Shown one piece after another: positions 54,836 to 64,000 of a stretch of 64,000 nucleotides of DNA. The DNA lies in assembly GCA_913043225.1 (NCBI GenBank), contig CAJWLU010000005.1:128001-192000 (forward strand), given 5' to 3'. Position numbers and translations under genes: made by a program. Under the pieces are notes generated by a model. That model ran no database searches. It worked only from the letters and a program-made list of their open reading frames with translations, and was not told where the DNA came from. Position 1 is the stretch's first letter. Every line of letters starts with the position of its first letter. This stretch comes from an uncultured Acidobacteriota bacterium (GTDB lineage: Bacteria; Acidobacteriota; Vicinamibacteria; Vicinamibacterales; UBA8438).

Positions 54836-56038
54836 CTAAGACGCGGGATCGGGCACCGGCCCCGTGTCGAGGTCCCGCAGCACGCGCTCCAGCTGGCCGA
54901 CGAGTTCCGCCCGTCGCGTGCCGTACCGGGTCGGACGGCTCTTGCCCTCGCGATGCTGGCGCTCCACCTTCGCCAGTTCGGTAAACAGCTTCTCGCGGCG
55001 GCGTTCCAGCTGCGCCTGTCGAACGGCATCCGCGTCGGGCACCGTTCCCCCACTGGCGCCGATGCCACCCGCCAGCAAGATAAGGCCAGACAGGCTAAGC
55101 GTCAGAATCCGCGGCCAGCCCGGATGATGCGGGAGACCGGTGAGCTCTAGCGTCACCGGCTGCCCGGCGGCTACTCGATTGCCCGCTGCCCACAGCAGTG
55201 CAGAGGCGCCGGTCTGGTCTTCGCCCATCTCACCTCGACGGTCGATCAGGGTCGAGTCGACCTCAATGCCGCCCCACTTTTCGATGAACACCAGTAACTG
55301 GTCGAATGCGGCAGGAAACGCCTGTGACACAGCCACCTCGCCGGACCCGTACGGAAGGATGTAGGCTACCCGCACCGGCGTCACCCCGGGCTGGAATCCT
55401 CCCGCCACCGAGACATTCGGACCATCGATGAGCGTCCGCGGGGACGACCCCTGCAACGCAGTGGTGGACTGCGCTCCGGACGGAAAGGAAAACTCGAAGG
55501 CGGGTTGCGGCTCGACAGGACTGTCTGCAAGGTTCACCACATCGAGCAGGTAATAGACCTCGAGGACCTCCTCGCCCAGTTCAATCAGAATCCGAGAATC
55601 GCCGCCCAGGGTCACGGTACCAGGCACGCGCGGCGGCTCTGGGTCGGCGCCCGGGAGCGCGCCCACCAACATCACGGCCACCCCTCCGCGCCCCGGCGCG
55701 GAGAACGGCTGCGACTCAAGTGTCTGTCCGTCCAGCATGGTCGCCACGCGCACCTGAGACCCCGGACTCAGGCTGCTGAAGGAGGCGCGGCCTTCGGCGT
55801 CGGTCACGGCCGTCGACACGGCGTCGCCTGCCAACAGGTCCACTGGATGGTCGACGACGTTGTTGGCGAAACTTCCGCGGATAACACGGACCGTGATCGA
55901 CCCATCCGACAGGTTCGGGTCTGGGCGGGGGATGCCGGACATCTGTCGAGGGTCCGGCTGGGCGGACGCACCCGCGGCCACTACGCACACCAGCACCGCC
56001 GCGGCACCCAGCGACCAAACGTTACTCCGTCCCAACAT
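54836..56038 (-). CDS. Hypothetical ccm-associated protein: signal peptide, periplasmic beta-sandwich domains, one TM, cytoplasmic helical tail
   Basis: Start ATG 56038; TDAEGRASF carboxypeptidase-regulatory-like strand pattern; TM RILTLSLSGLILLAGG; tail RREKLFTELAKVERQHREGK. Confidence 0.7.
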   Translation of the reverse strand: MLGRSNVWSLGAAAVLVCVVAAGASAQPDPRQMSGIPRPDPNLSDGSITVRVIRGSFANNVVDHPVDLLAGDAVSTAVTDAEGRASFSSLSPGSQVRVATMLDGQTLESQPFSAPGRGGVAVMLVGALPGADPEPPRVPGTVTLGGDSRILIELGEEVLEVYYLLDVVNLADSPVEPQPAFEFSFPSGAQSTTALQGSSPRTLIDGPNVSVAGGFQPGVTPVRVAYILPYGSGEVAVSQAFPAAFDQLLVFIEKWGGIEVDSTLIDRRGEMGEDQTGASALLWAAGNRVAAGQPVTLELTGLPHHPGWPRILTLSLSGLILLAGGIGASGGTVPDADAVRQAQLERRREKLFTELAKVERQHREGKSRPTRYGTRRAELVGQLERVLRDLDTGPVPDPAS

Positions 56039-56675
56039 CGTTCCCCAGCGGCTCCCCGCACTCCTTGCAGAACCGAGCATCCTCATCATTGCGCGTGCCG
56101 CAGGATAAGCACGTCCCGACGAGGGCCAAGCTCGAGGCATCCTCGGCAGTCTCGACGGCAACCGACTCGCTCTCCCGTTCCAGCGGAGCGTCAGTACCGA
56201 GCCGCTCAGCCAGCTCCCGCTCAATCACAGCCAGAAAATCCACCGCCTCAGTATCGAGCTGCTTCATCAACCCGAGCGCCCTGAGACGGAGACGCCGTTG
56301 TATTTCGGCGAAGTCGTCGTCGGCCACCTTACCCATCGCGCGATCGAACTCGAGCTCCTTGATGGACCGCAGTACCAGAGTTTTCTCGCGGTCCACCGCC
56401 GCCCGGCTGCGCGACCCCACCATCGGCGTGGCTTCCTCAAAATCGCGAGCCATCAACGGGCGTACGGTGCGATAGACCATCAAGCCGACGAACGCGGCCG
56501 ACGCGACAGTCAGCGTCAGCATGATCAGGACGACCACGCTTGGTGGCCGAGCGACGACCACGGCCAGCGTCGCCGCCAGCATCGCCGCGGTCGCAAACAG
56601 GTGCCAAGGACGGAACGATGAGGTCGGCGGCAAGCTGGTCGAGGTGCCTCGGGCCGGCTCGGGGTTGCCGGTCAT
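56022..56675 (-). CDS. Hypothetical ccm-associated membrane protein with C-terminal zinc ribbon
   Basis: Two N-terminal TMs, REKTLVLRSIKELEFDRAMGK, CLSCG...FCKECG. Confidence 0.8.
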   Translation of the reverse strand: MTGNPEPARGTSTSLPPTSSFRPWHLFATAAMLAATLAVVVARPPSVVVLIMLTLTVASAAFVGLMVYRTVRPLMARDFEEATPMVGSRSRAAVDREKTLVLRSIKELEFDRAMGKVADDDFAEIQRRLRLRALGLMKQLDTEAVDFLAVIERELAERLGTDAPLERESESVAVETAEDASSLALVGTCLSCGTRNDEDARFCKECGEPLGNDVGTE

Positions 56676-56694
56676 TGGTGGTGACTATTCCTAC

Positions 56695-59184
56695 TCAGTC
56701 GAGGTCGCGCAACTCATCGTCGAGGCGCGCCTCCAGCTGTTCGTCGAGGCCACCGGCCCCGGCGGCTAGAACCGCCGGTCCGGCCGTGTGACGCGTCCAG
56801 CGAACCAGCGCGCCCCCGAGGGCCAGCGCGGCGGTGAGCGCGAGCAGATACGGAAAGAGCCAGGCCAAGCGGTTGAAGCCTTGGTCGAGTGGAGCGGCCA
56901 ACGCCTCCTGACTGTTGTGTTTGTCGACGTAGAACTGGAACACCTCGTCTCGAGTCATCCCCTCGGCCACCAGATTCGACAGCTCTTCGCGGGTCTCGGC
57001 CGCCGTGGCGCACGTGCACTCGGCCAGGATCTTCTTGCCGCACCCCGGGCTGCCGCACATACAGACGAGCGACCTCCGAAGGTCCATCTCGAGTTCGCTG
57101 GTGGCCGGATTGACCTCTTGGAGCGCTCCCTGAAGCTGCTGGGCGGAAAGAGGCACGGCGCCGGAGAGCGTCAGCCCCGCCACCAGCGCCAGCGTAGAGG
57201 CCGTCGCGGCGCCCTTCGGTACCGTCGCGCCGGCAAAGGCGAACGTGCTCTCCGGGAGCAAGGCGATACCGGTGCCAAACGCCAGGACCGCAAACCCGAA
57301 CCAGATCCAGTTCACGAGCGGGTTGACCGTGATCTGGAAACTGGCTGCCTGATCGGCGAACTCGTAGCCCGCGAGAACGATATATAGGTCCTCGGCAACC
57401 GTGCGATGCATCGCTACTTCGGTCGTGGGCTGATCCTCGTGCTTGAAAAAGAACCAGCGTGCCGGGTACTGCTCGCCCACGGCCTCACCATCTTTGAACA
57501 CGGTCATGTGCGCCGTGATCGCCTGCTTGCGGTCGTCCGTGTTCTGGCTCAGGCGGTCATACCGGACCGAATAGCGTCCTATTTCGTGGGTCTCTCCAGG
57601 ATTGAGCAGGACCTGCGAATCGAGCTTGTAGCCAGACCCTGCGAAGCCGAGGAACATCAGCACGATGCCCACGTGGACGATATAGCCGCCGTAGCGCCGT
57701 CTCGAGCGCGCCACCAAACCGATCATTGAGGTCATCAAGCCGGCGCCGGTGGCCTCGCGGCGCACGGCCGCACCCCGCACGAACTCCTGCGCGATCGTGC
57801 CAGCGACGAACGCACACAGCGAGAAACACAGTCCGGAGACCCACACCCGAAATCCCGCCGCGTACAGGGAGGCCCCGGTCACCAACGCCGCCGTCACCGG
57901 CCAAATGAACTGCTGGCGCAGGTTCCCAAGACTCGATTGCCGCCACGCAAGGAGTGGCCCTATGCCCGTCAAGGTCAGCAGCATCAGTCCAATCGGCAGC
58001 ATCCACTTCGTGAAGAACGGCGGTCCGACGGTCAGGCGATCTCCTGTCACCGCTTCGCTAAGGGTCGGGAACATCGTGGCAAACAGCACGAAGACCGCCG
58101 AGAACAAGAGGATCCAGTTGTTCACCAGGAACGCCGCCTCCCGGGACACCCAGGACTCGAGTTCGTTCCGGGCCCGCAACAACGGCAGCCGGTAGATGAC
58201 CAGACCGAAGCTGAATACGAGCAGTACCACCATGAAGACCGTGAACATGTAGGTCAACGTGGTGTCCTGGCCGAAGGCATGCACCGATTGCACGATCCCG
58301 GAGCGGGTCATGAACGTCCCAAAGATAGTGAGAAAGAACGTCATGATGACCAGGGTCATATTCCAGACCCTGAGCATGCTGCGCTGCTCCTGCACCCTAA
58401 TCGAATGCAGAAACGCGGTGGCGGTGAACCAGGGGAGCAAGGCCGCGTTCTCGACCGGGTCCCAGCCCCAGTAGCCGCCCCATCCGAGCTCCTCATAGGC
58501 CCAGATCATGCCGAGCGTAAGGCCGAGCGTGAGGAAAATCCAAGCGATCATCGTCCACCGCCGCACCGCTCGAAGCCAGGAGTCATCCAGCTGGCCAGTG
58601 ATCAACGCCGCGATCCCGAACGCGAAGGGAATCGTCATCCCGACGAACCCAATGTAGAGCGACGGCGGATGCACCGCCATGTAGAAGTTCTGCAGCAACG
58701 GGTTCAGTCCGCGCCCATCGACAGGTGTCTCAAGCAAGTAGGTTGAAAACGGGTTCTTGTGAACGATCATCACGAACAGAAAGAACATCTGCACGCCTGA
58801 GATGACCGCCACGACATAGGGAATCAGCTCCCGCTGCCGCTCTCGATTCGAGTAGACCGCCAGCGACCCGAAAATCGCCAGCAGCGTCACCCAAAACATG
58901 ATCGATCCATCAAGCCCACCCCAGTAGGAGGTCAGCTGGTAGAACAGCGGCTGCGCCGTATCCGAATTCAGATTGACGTAGCGAATCGAATAGTCCTCCG
59001 TGACGAAGGCGTGGATGATGATGGCCGACGCCAGCAACATCAGCGCACACACTACATAAGACGCGCCGATCCCACTCTCGATGAGTCGGGACGAGCGTCG
59101 ACGTGCGCCGACCACCGAGATGGCAGCGGCGTAGCTGCCAATGATGAAAGCTGCAAGCAGGGTGAAGGAACCGAGGGATGCCAT
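56695..59184 (-). CDS. ccmF: Cytochrome c heme lyase CcmF with fused C-terminal CcmH-like domain
   Basis: WGGLDGS, LNPLLQ, HPP, WAYEELGWGGYWGWDPVEN, SVHAF, NPLVNWIWFG; C-terminal LVCMCGSPGC..ECTC..FNRLAWLFP. Confidence 0.93.
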   Translation of the reverse strand: MASLGSFTLLAAFIIGSYAAAISVVGARRRSSRLIESGIGASYVVCALMLLASAIIIHAFVTEDYSIRYVNLNSDTAQPLFYQLTSYWGGLDGSIMFWVTLLAIFGSLAVYSNRERQRELIPYVVAVISGVQMFFLFVMIVHKNPFSTYLLETPVDGRGLNPLLQNFYMAVHPPSLYIGFVGMTIPFAFGIAALITGQLDDSWLRAVRRWTMIAWIFLTLGLTLGMIWAYEELGWGGYWGWDPVENAALLPWFTATAFLHSIRVQEQRSMLRVWNMTLVIMTFFLTIFGTFMTRSGIVQSVHAFGQDTTLTYMFTVFMVVLLVFSFGLVIYRLPLLRARNELESWVSREAAFLVNNWILLFSAVFVLFATMFPTLSEAVTGDRLTVGPPFFTKWMLPIGLMLLTLTGIGPLLAWRQSSLGNLRQQFIWPVTAALVTGASLYAAGFRVWVSGLCFSLCAFVAGTIAQEFVRGAAVRREATGAGLMTSMIGLVARSRRRYGGYIVHVGIVLMFLGFAGSGYKLDSQVLLNPGETHEIGRYSVRYDRLSQNTDDRKQAITAHMTVFKDGEAVGEQYPARWFFFKHEDQPTTEVAMHRTVAEDLYIVLAGYEFADQAASFQITVNPLVNWIWFGFAVLAFGTGIALLPESTFAFAGATVPKGAATASTLALVAGLTLSGAVPLSAQQLQGALQEVNPATSELEMDLRRSLVCMCGSPGCGKKILAECTCATAAETREELSNLVAEGMTRDEVFQFYVDKHNSQEALAAPLDQGFNRLAWLFPYLLALTAALALGGALVRWTRHTAGPAVLAAGAGGLDEQLEARLDDELRDLD

Positions 59185-59325
59185 CGTCGTCGACCTCGAG
59201 TCACGAGCTCGGCCACCGTATCGACATGCGCCGAGCGGGTGACCGAGGGACAGAAACGACGCCCGGGCCCAGTCGGCCTGGCGGCCATGCCGCCGTCGCC
59301 AGGCGCGAGACCTGAAGCGAGGGCG

Positions 59326-59748
59326 CTAGGACTTTGAGTCGTTCGGGTCCAGGGTAGGTGCGGTTTCGTACTTCGACGGGCACTTCGCCATCACACCATT
59401 CGGCTTCACGACGAAGCCGTGCGGGCTGAGCTGCCCCGAGATGACGACCTCCGAACCGTCCTGGAACGTATCGGGCACGATCCCGGTGTACTCGGCGTTG
59501 ATCACTTCGCCCTTGCTCTCGACCTGGAAGCGGTAATCCAGGGTGTTCGGCTTCCGCATCCGGGACCCTTCGACGACCCACCCGTGGACCTGCAGATTCT
59601 TCCCGTACCATTCGTCGGGGTTGGCCATCACCTCTTCCACATGCATGTAGTACTCGGTGCCTTCGGCCAGCGTACCCCAGAGGAGGCCCACGAAGGCAGC
59701 CGTGAGCACCGCGGTGGTGAGGAGCGTCTTCACGGTCTTGGTTGGCAT
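59326..59748 (-). CDS. ccmE: Heme chaperone CcmE (CxxxY type)
   Basis: N-terminal TM, YTGIVPDTF, MAKCPSKY. Confidence 0.92.
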   Translation of the reverse strand: MPTKTVKTLLTTAVLTAAFVGLLWGTLAEGTEYYMHVEEVMANPDEWYGKNLQVHGWVVEGSRMRKPNTLDYRFQVESKGEVINAEYTGIVPDTFQDGSEVVISGQLSPHGFVVKPNGVMAKCPSKYETAPTLDPNDSKS

Positions 59749-59908
59749 AAGGACTTTAATCCCTTGAACTTGGATCTCTCAGGCGGTTGCCCCGCAAGGA
59801 TACCGTGGCTGGCCACCAGGGGTCAATCAGCTGGAGCCTCTGCGGTATGTTTCACACCGGTAACGCGCCCGCGGTGACGACAACGCCTACCCCAGATCGA
59901 CAGCCGCC

Positions 59909-60015
59909 GTGAGGTGGACGACCGTGGTGGCTACCGCCATCGGCGCGCTGTTCGGCTTCTACCCGACGCAACAGGCAGCGCGGATGGACCCGATTGACAG
60001 GGCACGCCAAGAAAA
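59909..60015 (+). pseudogene. Remnant of the extreme C-terminus of a MacB/FtsX-type ABC permease
   Basis: TAIGALFGFYPTQQAARMDPIDRARQE matches the permease terminal motif G..FG.YPA..AA.LDPI.ALR.E; no upstream body of the gene. Confidence 0.7.
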
Positions 60016-60021
60016 GTGCCT

Positions 60022-60585
60022 TCAGGTGGCGAGCGACCGGATCAAGGTGTCGACGAGAGCGATCGGCAACCCTACGACATTGGAGTACGAACCGACGATG
60101 CCGGTCACGAAGCGAGACGCCCGCCCCTGGATGGCATAGGCGCCCGCTTTCCCGTTCGGCTCACCGCTGTCGACGTACCAGGCAATCTCGTCCGGCCTAA
60201 GCGAACGGAAGGTAACCTCCGTGCTCGCGATCTCGCACCGTAACCTTTGGCCCCCGATGAGCGCCACTCCGGTCAACACCTGGTGCGTTCGTCCTGACAA
60301 TCGCCGCAGCATCGAGGTCGCGACTGCGTCGCTCTCAGGTTTTCCCAGTACATCGCCATCGACAACGACCACGGTATCGGCACCCAGCACAAGTGCATCC
60401 GGGTGCGAAACGGCTACAACGCGGGCCTTTTCGCCAGCCAGTCGCGCGACGTGGTCAGACGGTGACTCGCCGGGATGCAGCCGCTCGTCGATATTCGCCG
60501 GCTCGACAGTGAATCGATACCCGGAGGTGGTCAGCAGATCGGCACGCCGCGGCGATTGGGACGCGAGGACGAGGTTGTCAGTCAC
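60022..60585 (-). CDS. maf: Maf nucleoside triphosphate pyrophosphatase
   Basis: LASQSPRR, GADTVV, GKP, KAGAYAIQG, NVVGLP; TATCAT 6 nt before the GTG. Confidence 0.95.
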   Translation of the reverse strand: MTDNLVLASQSPRRADLLTTSGYRFTVEPANIDERLHPGESPSDHVARLAGEKARVVAVSHPDALVLGADTVVVVDGDVLGKPESDAVATSMLRRLSGRTHQVLTGVALIGGQRLRCEIASTEVTFRSLRPDEIAWYVDSGEPNGKAGAYAIQGRASRFVTGIVGSYSNVVGLPIALVDTLIRSLAT

Positions 60586-60679
60586 CGCCGGATGATACAG
60601 TAGGGTCGCGCGCGTCTAAGACGACCCGCCGTCGGGTCTGGAGCGCGTGACTACGGTCTAGTACTGTCCACCAAAGCAA

Positions 60680-61018
60680 ATGATCGCTACGCAGGAATGC
60701 GTCGTGCCGGCGCTTCGCCGGATGCTCGATACGCAGCCTCTGAGCCCAGGCAAAGTGCAGCTGGCCTGGTTCGCCACGGTGGGCCAGACCATCGACCGCA
60801 GCACCCAGGTATCGCTGGACGAAGACGGCACCTTGCGCGTTCAGGCCAGAGACAGACACTGGGCGCGCGAGCTCGCGCGGTCCAGCCGCCTGATCCGAGC
60901 CGAGGTCAACCGCCTGCTGGACAACGCGGTTACGGCCATAGAAGTGACAACCGACACCACCAGTGATCCCGTGCCCACCGACCGGGTGCGTGCGGGCCGG
61001 TCTCGGTCCAGGAGATAG
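60680..61018 (+). CDS. DUF721 / DciA-like protein
   Basis: W..TVG..I...T...EDGTLRV...WARELA...I...NRLL pattern. Confidence 0.72.
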   Translation: MIATQECVVPALRRMLDTQPLSPGKVQLAWFATVGQTIDRSTQVSLDEDGTLRVQARDRHWARELARSSRLIRAEVNRLLDNAVTAIEVTTDTTSDPVPTDRVRAGRSRSRR

Positions 61019-61023
61019 GCGAC

Positions 61024-62208
61024 ATGCAGGAATCGGTCATTGTGAGCGCGGTCAGGCTACCCACTGGAAAGTTTATGGGTACCCTTCGCAGCCTACCAGC
61101 CCCTGAACTCGGAGCCCGGGTCATCCGGGAGGCGGTCGCGAGAGCGGGCATCGAAGCCGACATCGTAGACGAGTGCATCATGGGTAACGTCGTGTCCGCG
61201 GGCGCCGGCCAAGCGCCAGCCAGACAGGCTGCCCTCAAGGGCGGGCTTGCCGATCACGTTGCCGCCTTGACCATCAACAAAGTGTGCGGGTCCGGCCTGA
61301 AGGCGGTAATGCTAGCCGCTCAGGGTATTGCGACCGGCGACATCGAGGTGGCGGTCGCCGGCGGAATGGAATCAATGAGCGGCTGCCCGTATCTGCTGCC
61401 GCGTGCCCGGGAAGGCTTCCGCATGGGTCACACCGAGGCGCTCGACTCGATGATTCATGACGGCCTGTGGTGCTCGCTTGAGAACCAGAACATGGGCCTG
61501 GCTTGTGAGGCGGTCGTCGAGAAGTATGGCGTCAGCCGCGAAGACCAGGACACCTTCGCAGCGACAAGCCATCAGCGAGCGGCACGCGCCATCAACGAGT
61601 CCTTCTTCAAAGACGAGATCCTGCCGGTCGAGGTCCCACAACGGAAGGGCGACCCCGTCCGATTCGAGCACGACGAGGGCGTACGTCCGGACGCCAGCGC
61701 CGAAACCCTCGGTCGGCTACGCCCAGCCTTCAAGAAAGATGGAGGCACCGTCACCGCCGGTAACGCACCCGGCGTCAACGACGGCGCCGCCGCGGTAGTG
61801 GTTATGTCAGCCGCGCGGGCCGAGTCGCTCGGCCTGACGCCGATCGTGCGCATCGTTGGGCAGGCTGTGAGCGGCCTGGCGCCGAAGTGGTTGCTGATGA
61901 CCCCGGTTCAGGCTGTACAGAAACTGCTAACGAAGACCGGCTGGTCCCTCGGCGACGTTGACCTCATCGAGCTGAACGAGGCGTTCGCTGCGCAGGCTGT
62001 GGCCGTGATTCGCGAGCTCGGCGCCGATCCAGAGAAGGTGAACGTCAACGGCGGCGCGGTGGCGCTGGGGCACCCGATCGGGGCCAGCGGCGCCAGGATC
62101 CTGACCACGCTTCTCTATGCGATGAAGAGCCGTGGCGCCAAGCGTGGCATCGCCACCCTCTGTCTGGGTGGGGGCAACGGGGTGGCGATGGCGGTCGAGA
62201 CGGTCTAA
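61024..62208 (+). CDS. Acetyl-CoA C-acetyltransferase (thiolase)
   Basis: [34 protein letters not shown]. Confidence 0.96.
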   Translation: MQESVIVSAVRLPTGKFMGTLRSLPAPELGARVIREAVARAGIEADIVDECIMGNVVSAGAGQAPARQAALKGGLADHVAALTINKVCGSGLKAVMLAAQGIATGDIEVAVAGGMESMSGCPYLLPRAREGFRMGHTEALDSMIHDGLWCSLENQNMGLACEAVVEKYGVSREDQDTFAATSHQRAARAINESFFKDEILPVEVPQRKGDPVRFEHDEGVRPDASAETLGRLRPAFKKDGGTVTAGNAPGVNDGAAAVVVMSAARAESLGLTPIVRIVGQAVSGLAPKWLLMTPVQAVQKLLTKTGWSLGDVDLIELNEAFAAQAVAVIRELGADPEKVNVNGGAVALGHPIGASGARILTTLLYAMKSRGAKRGIATLCLGGGNGVAMAVETV

Positions 62209-62250
62209 GCCCCCATAGGGCTTCGCCCCACGGAGCGCGCCATGCGCGCC

Positions 62251-63345
62251 CTAGTCTGTATCCTCGAACTTCCAGAACGCGATCCCACCCGCCTGCTTGC
62301 CAATGTCGACGGCGCCGACCCGCTCGCCGCTGTGTACGGCGTAGACCTCGACCGTACCGGGATCTGCGCCCACGCCCTCGAGGGTTACGAAAGCGTACTG
62401 GCCGTCGGACGTCACCACCACCCCGTGCGGGATGGTCCGACTGGTCTCCGCCCGGGCCACCTCCAGACCCGTCGATAGGTCCCAAAACCCGACGGCATCG
62501 TCGCTCTTGTAGGTGGCCACCAGGAATCGGCCGTCTGGGGTGACGTCGAGGTTGTAGGGACCAGCACCGGTCTCGAACGTCCGCGTAATCTCCCACGCAT
62601 CGAGGTCAACCTCGAAGACCTTCGCTACATTGCTCCCGGTAACATAGACCTTCCGGTCGGCCGTTGGCGCGGTCACCCAAGTTGGCATTACACCCTCGCC
62701 CAGCGTCAACCGTCGCGCAATCTCGAAACCGAGCGCATCGAGCTCGATCAGCTCGAAGTCCATCATATTCACTGAGTAGAACAACTCGCCATCGCGGGAC
62801 AACCGTCCGCCATGCGGACGGATCCCGGTGTCAACCCTGGCGACCTCGCTCATCGTCTCGGTTTCGACCACGGAGATGCCACTCGGCTCGAGCGGACCAT
62901 GCAGGTTGAAGTTCACGACATACAGCAGACCGGTCGTCGACGAGATATCTAGAGTGGCCGGAAACAGCCCGAGGGTGACATCACCCACCCACTCGTCGGT
63001 ACCAGTCTCGTATCTATGGACGCTGCCGTACGGAAACCCATGGGCCATCGAGACGTACCAATGGCGTCCGTCCGGGTCGATGTTAATCCCGTGTGGCCCC
63101 TCAATTTCGGTCGGAAAACTCCCGACCGTGACCGTCTTCATCACCTCAGCTCCGCCTGGCCCAAACCGAACCAGCGCGACCTCGTCGTCCGACTCCGCCG
63201 CGACATAGACGTAGTAGTTTCGCGTGGGCGGCTCCGGCGCCCCTGCCGCCCAGCTCGTTCCCGTCACCGCCAGCGACACCAGCAACGCCGACACCGTCAT
63301 CGTGGCTAAAGCCCAGCGCCCACAACCCAAAGCCGCTTTCTTCAC
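62251..63345 (-). CDS. Secreted YVTN/YncE-type beta-propeller protein
   Basis: Signal peptide and repeated PH/PY-G...PDG blades; GTG 63345 overlaps the upstream stop. Confidence 0.8.
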   Translation of the reverse strand: MKKAALGCGRWALATMTVSALLVSLAVTGTSWAAGAPEPPTRNYYVYVAAESDDEVALVRFGPGGAEVMKTVTVGSFPTEIEGPHGINIDPDGRHWYVSMAHGFPYGSVHRYETGTDEWVGDVTLGLFPATLDISSTTGLLYVVNFNLHGPLEPSGISVVETETMSEVARVDTGIRPHGGRLSRDGELFYSVNMMDFELIELDALGFEIARRLTLGEGVMPTWVTAPTADRKVYVTGSNVAKVFEVDLDAWEITRTFETGAGPYNLDVTPDGRFLVATYKSDDAVGFWDLSTGLEVARAETSRTIPHGVVVTSDGQYAFVTLEGVGADPGTVEVYAVHSGERVGAVDIGKQAGGIAFWKFEDTD

Positions 63346-64000
63346 TGCGGCTCCCCAATGATCCGGCTCGGCTCCGTCCGCTCCTGCAGCTTCACGGCCC
63401 ACAGGCCCGTGTTCCAGTCGGAAAAAAAGATGTGTCCCTTGTAGGGTTGCGGGCCCCAGACGAACGGGGCATTTGCGATGTATCCGTCGGGCTCGGCGGG
63501 GAGGTACATGGCGATCTCGCGCCCCTGCTTGTAGAGATCGCCCATCAATTCGCCGGAGACGTCGACAACACGGAGACCACCGTTGTAGTAGCCGACGTAG
63601 AGCACGTCATCCTCGACCCACAGATTGTGCGACCCGGCCTCGGGCACCTGATAGCGGGCGACCTCGCGCGGATTGTCCCAGTCACTCCAATCGATGATAT
63701 GGATCCACCCGGCGGCCCGTGAGGGTCGGCCTCCGCCAGACGAGTCGTAGCCTCCATAGGGGAACGACTCGTCGCCGGCGAAAAGATAGAACTTGCCGGT
63801 GGACTGGCTGCGGTACGGAAAGGCCGCGTGGTTCCACCCACTCGGATACGCATAACGCCCCAATTCGACGGGATGCTCCGGCGTACCGCCTCGTCCCCCC
63901 CCACCGACATCGACGGCGACCACCCCGTCGCTCCAATTCGACGAGAACGCGATCCCGTCGCTGACCCACACGTCATGAATGCTGTGCCCCGGGGTGTCAA
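63342..64000 (-). CDS. LVIVD-repeat protein, partial (5' end beyond the window)
   Basis: IHDVWVSDG, GVVAVDV, HNLWVEDDVLYVGYYNGGLRVVDVS, FSDWNTGLW; frame open to the window end. Confidence 0.8.
   Translation of the reverse strand, partial: DTPGHSIHDVWVSDGIAFSSNWSDGVVAVDVGGGGRGGTPEHPVELGRYAYPSGWNHAAFPYRSQSTGKFYLFAGDESFPYGGYDSSGGGRPSRAAGWIHIIDWSDWDNPREVARYQVPEAGSHNLWVEDDVLYVGYYNGGLRVVDVSGELMGDLYKQGREIAMYLPAEPDGYIANAPFVWGPQPYKGHIFFSDWNTGLWAVKLQERTEPSRIIGEPQ

Noticed and set aside
62209..62250. Short hairpins (GGGC-TTC-GCCC, GCGCGC-CAT-GCGCGC) as REP elements
   Set aside because: Single occurrence between convergent genes; most simply a terminator region.

Overview
High-GC bacterial chromosome segment. 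The gene repertoire suggests Acidobacteriota (Vicinamibacteria-like), but that is inference. I see no rRNA, tRNA, CRISPR array, integrase or transposase. Layout: (1) 1-7.2 kb is a minus-strand housekeeping run (tatD partial, metG, larC, a dapF with Ser at both catalytic positions, beta-barrel, CPBP protease, dtd, ttcA). (2) About 7.3-45 kb is a mosaic cell-surface glycan/glycoconjugate region: three GT4, two GT2, two GT-C-like polytopic membrane proteins, DedA/VTT, an LPG-synthase-type flippase, radical SAM, three SAM methyltransferases, AsnB, GlpD-like, AlgJ/AlgX-like, a DprE1/DprE2-like pair, two hexapeptide acyltransferases, two Gfo/Idh/MocA, GMC, VOC and a deacetylase. It is interrupted by two paralogous Ig-repeat lipoproteins that share a strongly conserved C-terminal domain I do not recognise and flank an outer-membrane beta-barrel gene. 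(3) 45.8-50 kb holds suhB, an rsbW-like gene, aroA, aroK and a metallophosphoesterase. (4) 50-60 kb holds a secreted cytochrome c / PHM-DBH-like copper monooxygenase and its partner, converging on a variant ccm operon (CxxxY CcmE, CcmF with fused CcmH-like domain, extra genes). (5) 60-64 kb holds maf, DUF721/DciA, a thiolase, a YVTN propeller and a partial LVIVD protein. Smaller signals: several apparently leaderless genes, back-to-back extended -10 promoters, a sigma54-type promoter, a probable CTG start, two copies of a ~105-nt structured intergenic element with a compensatory change, and two gene remnants. All family assignments come from motif recognition by eye; no database searches were run.
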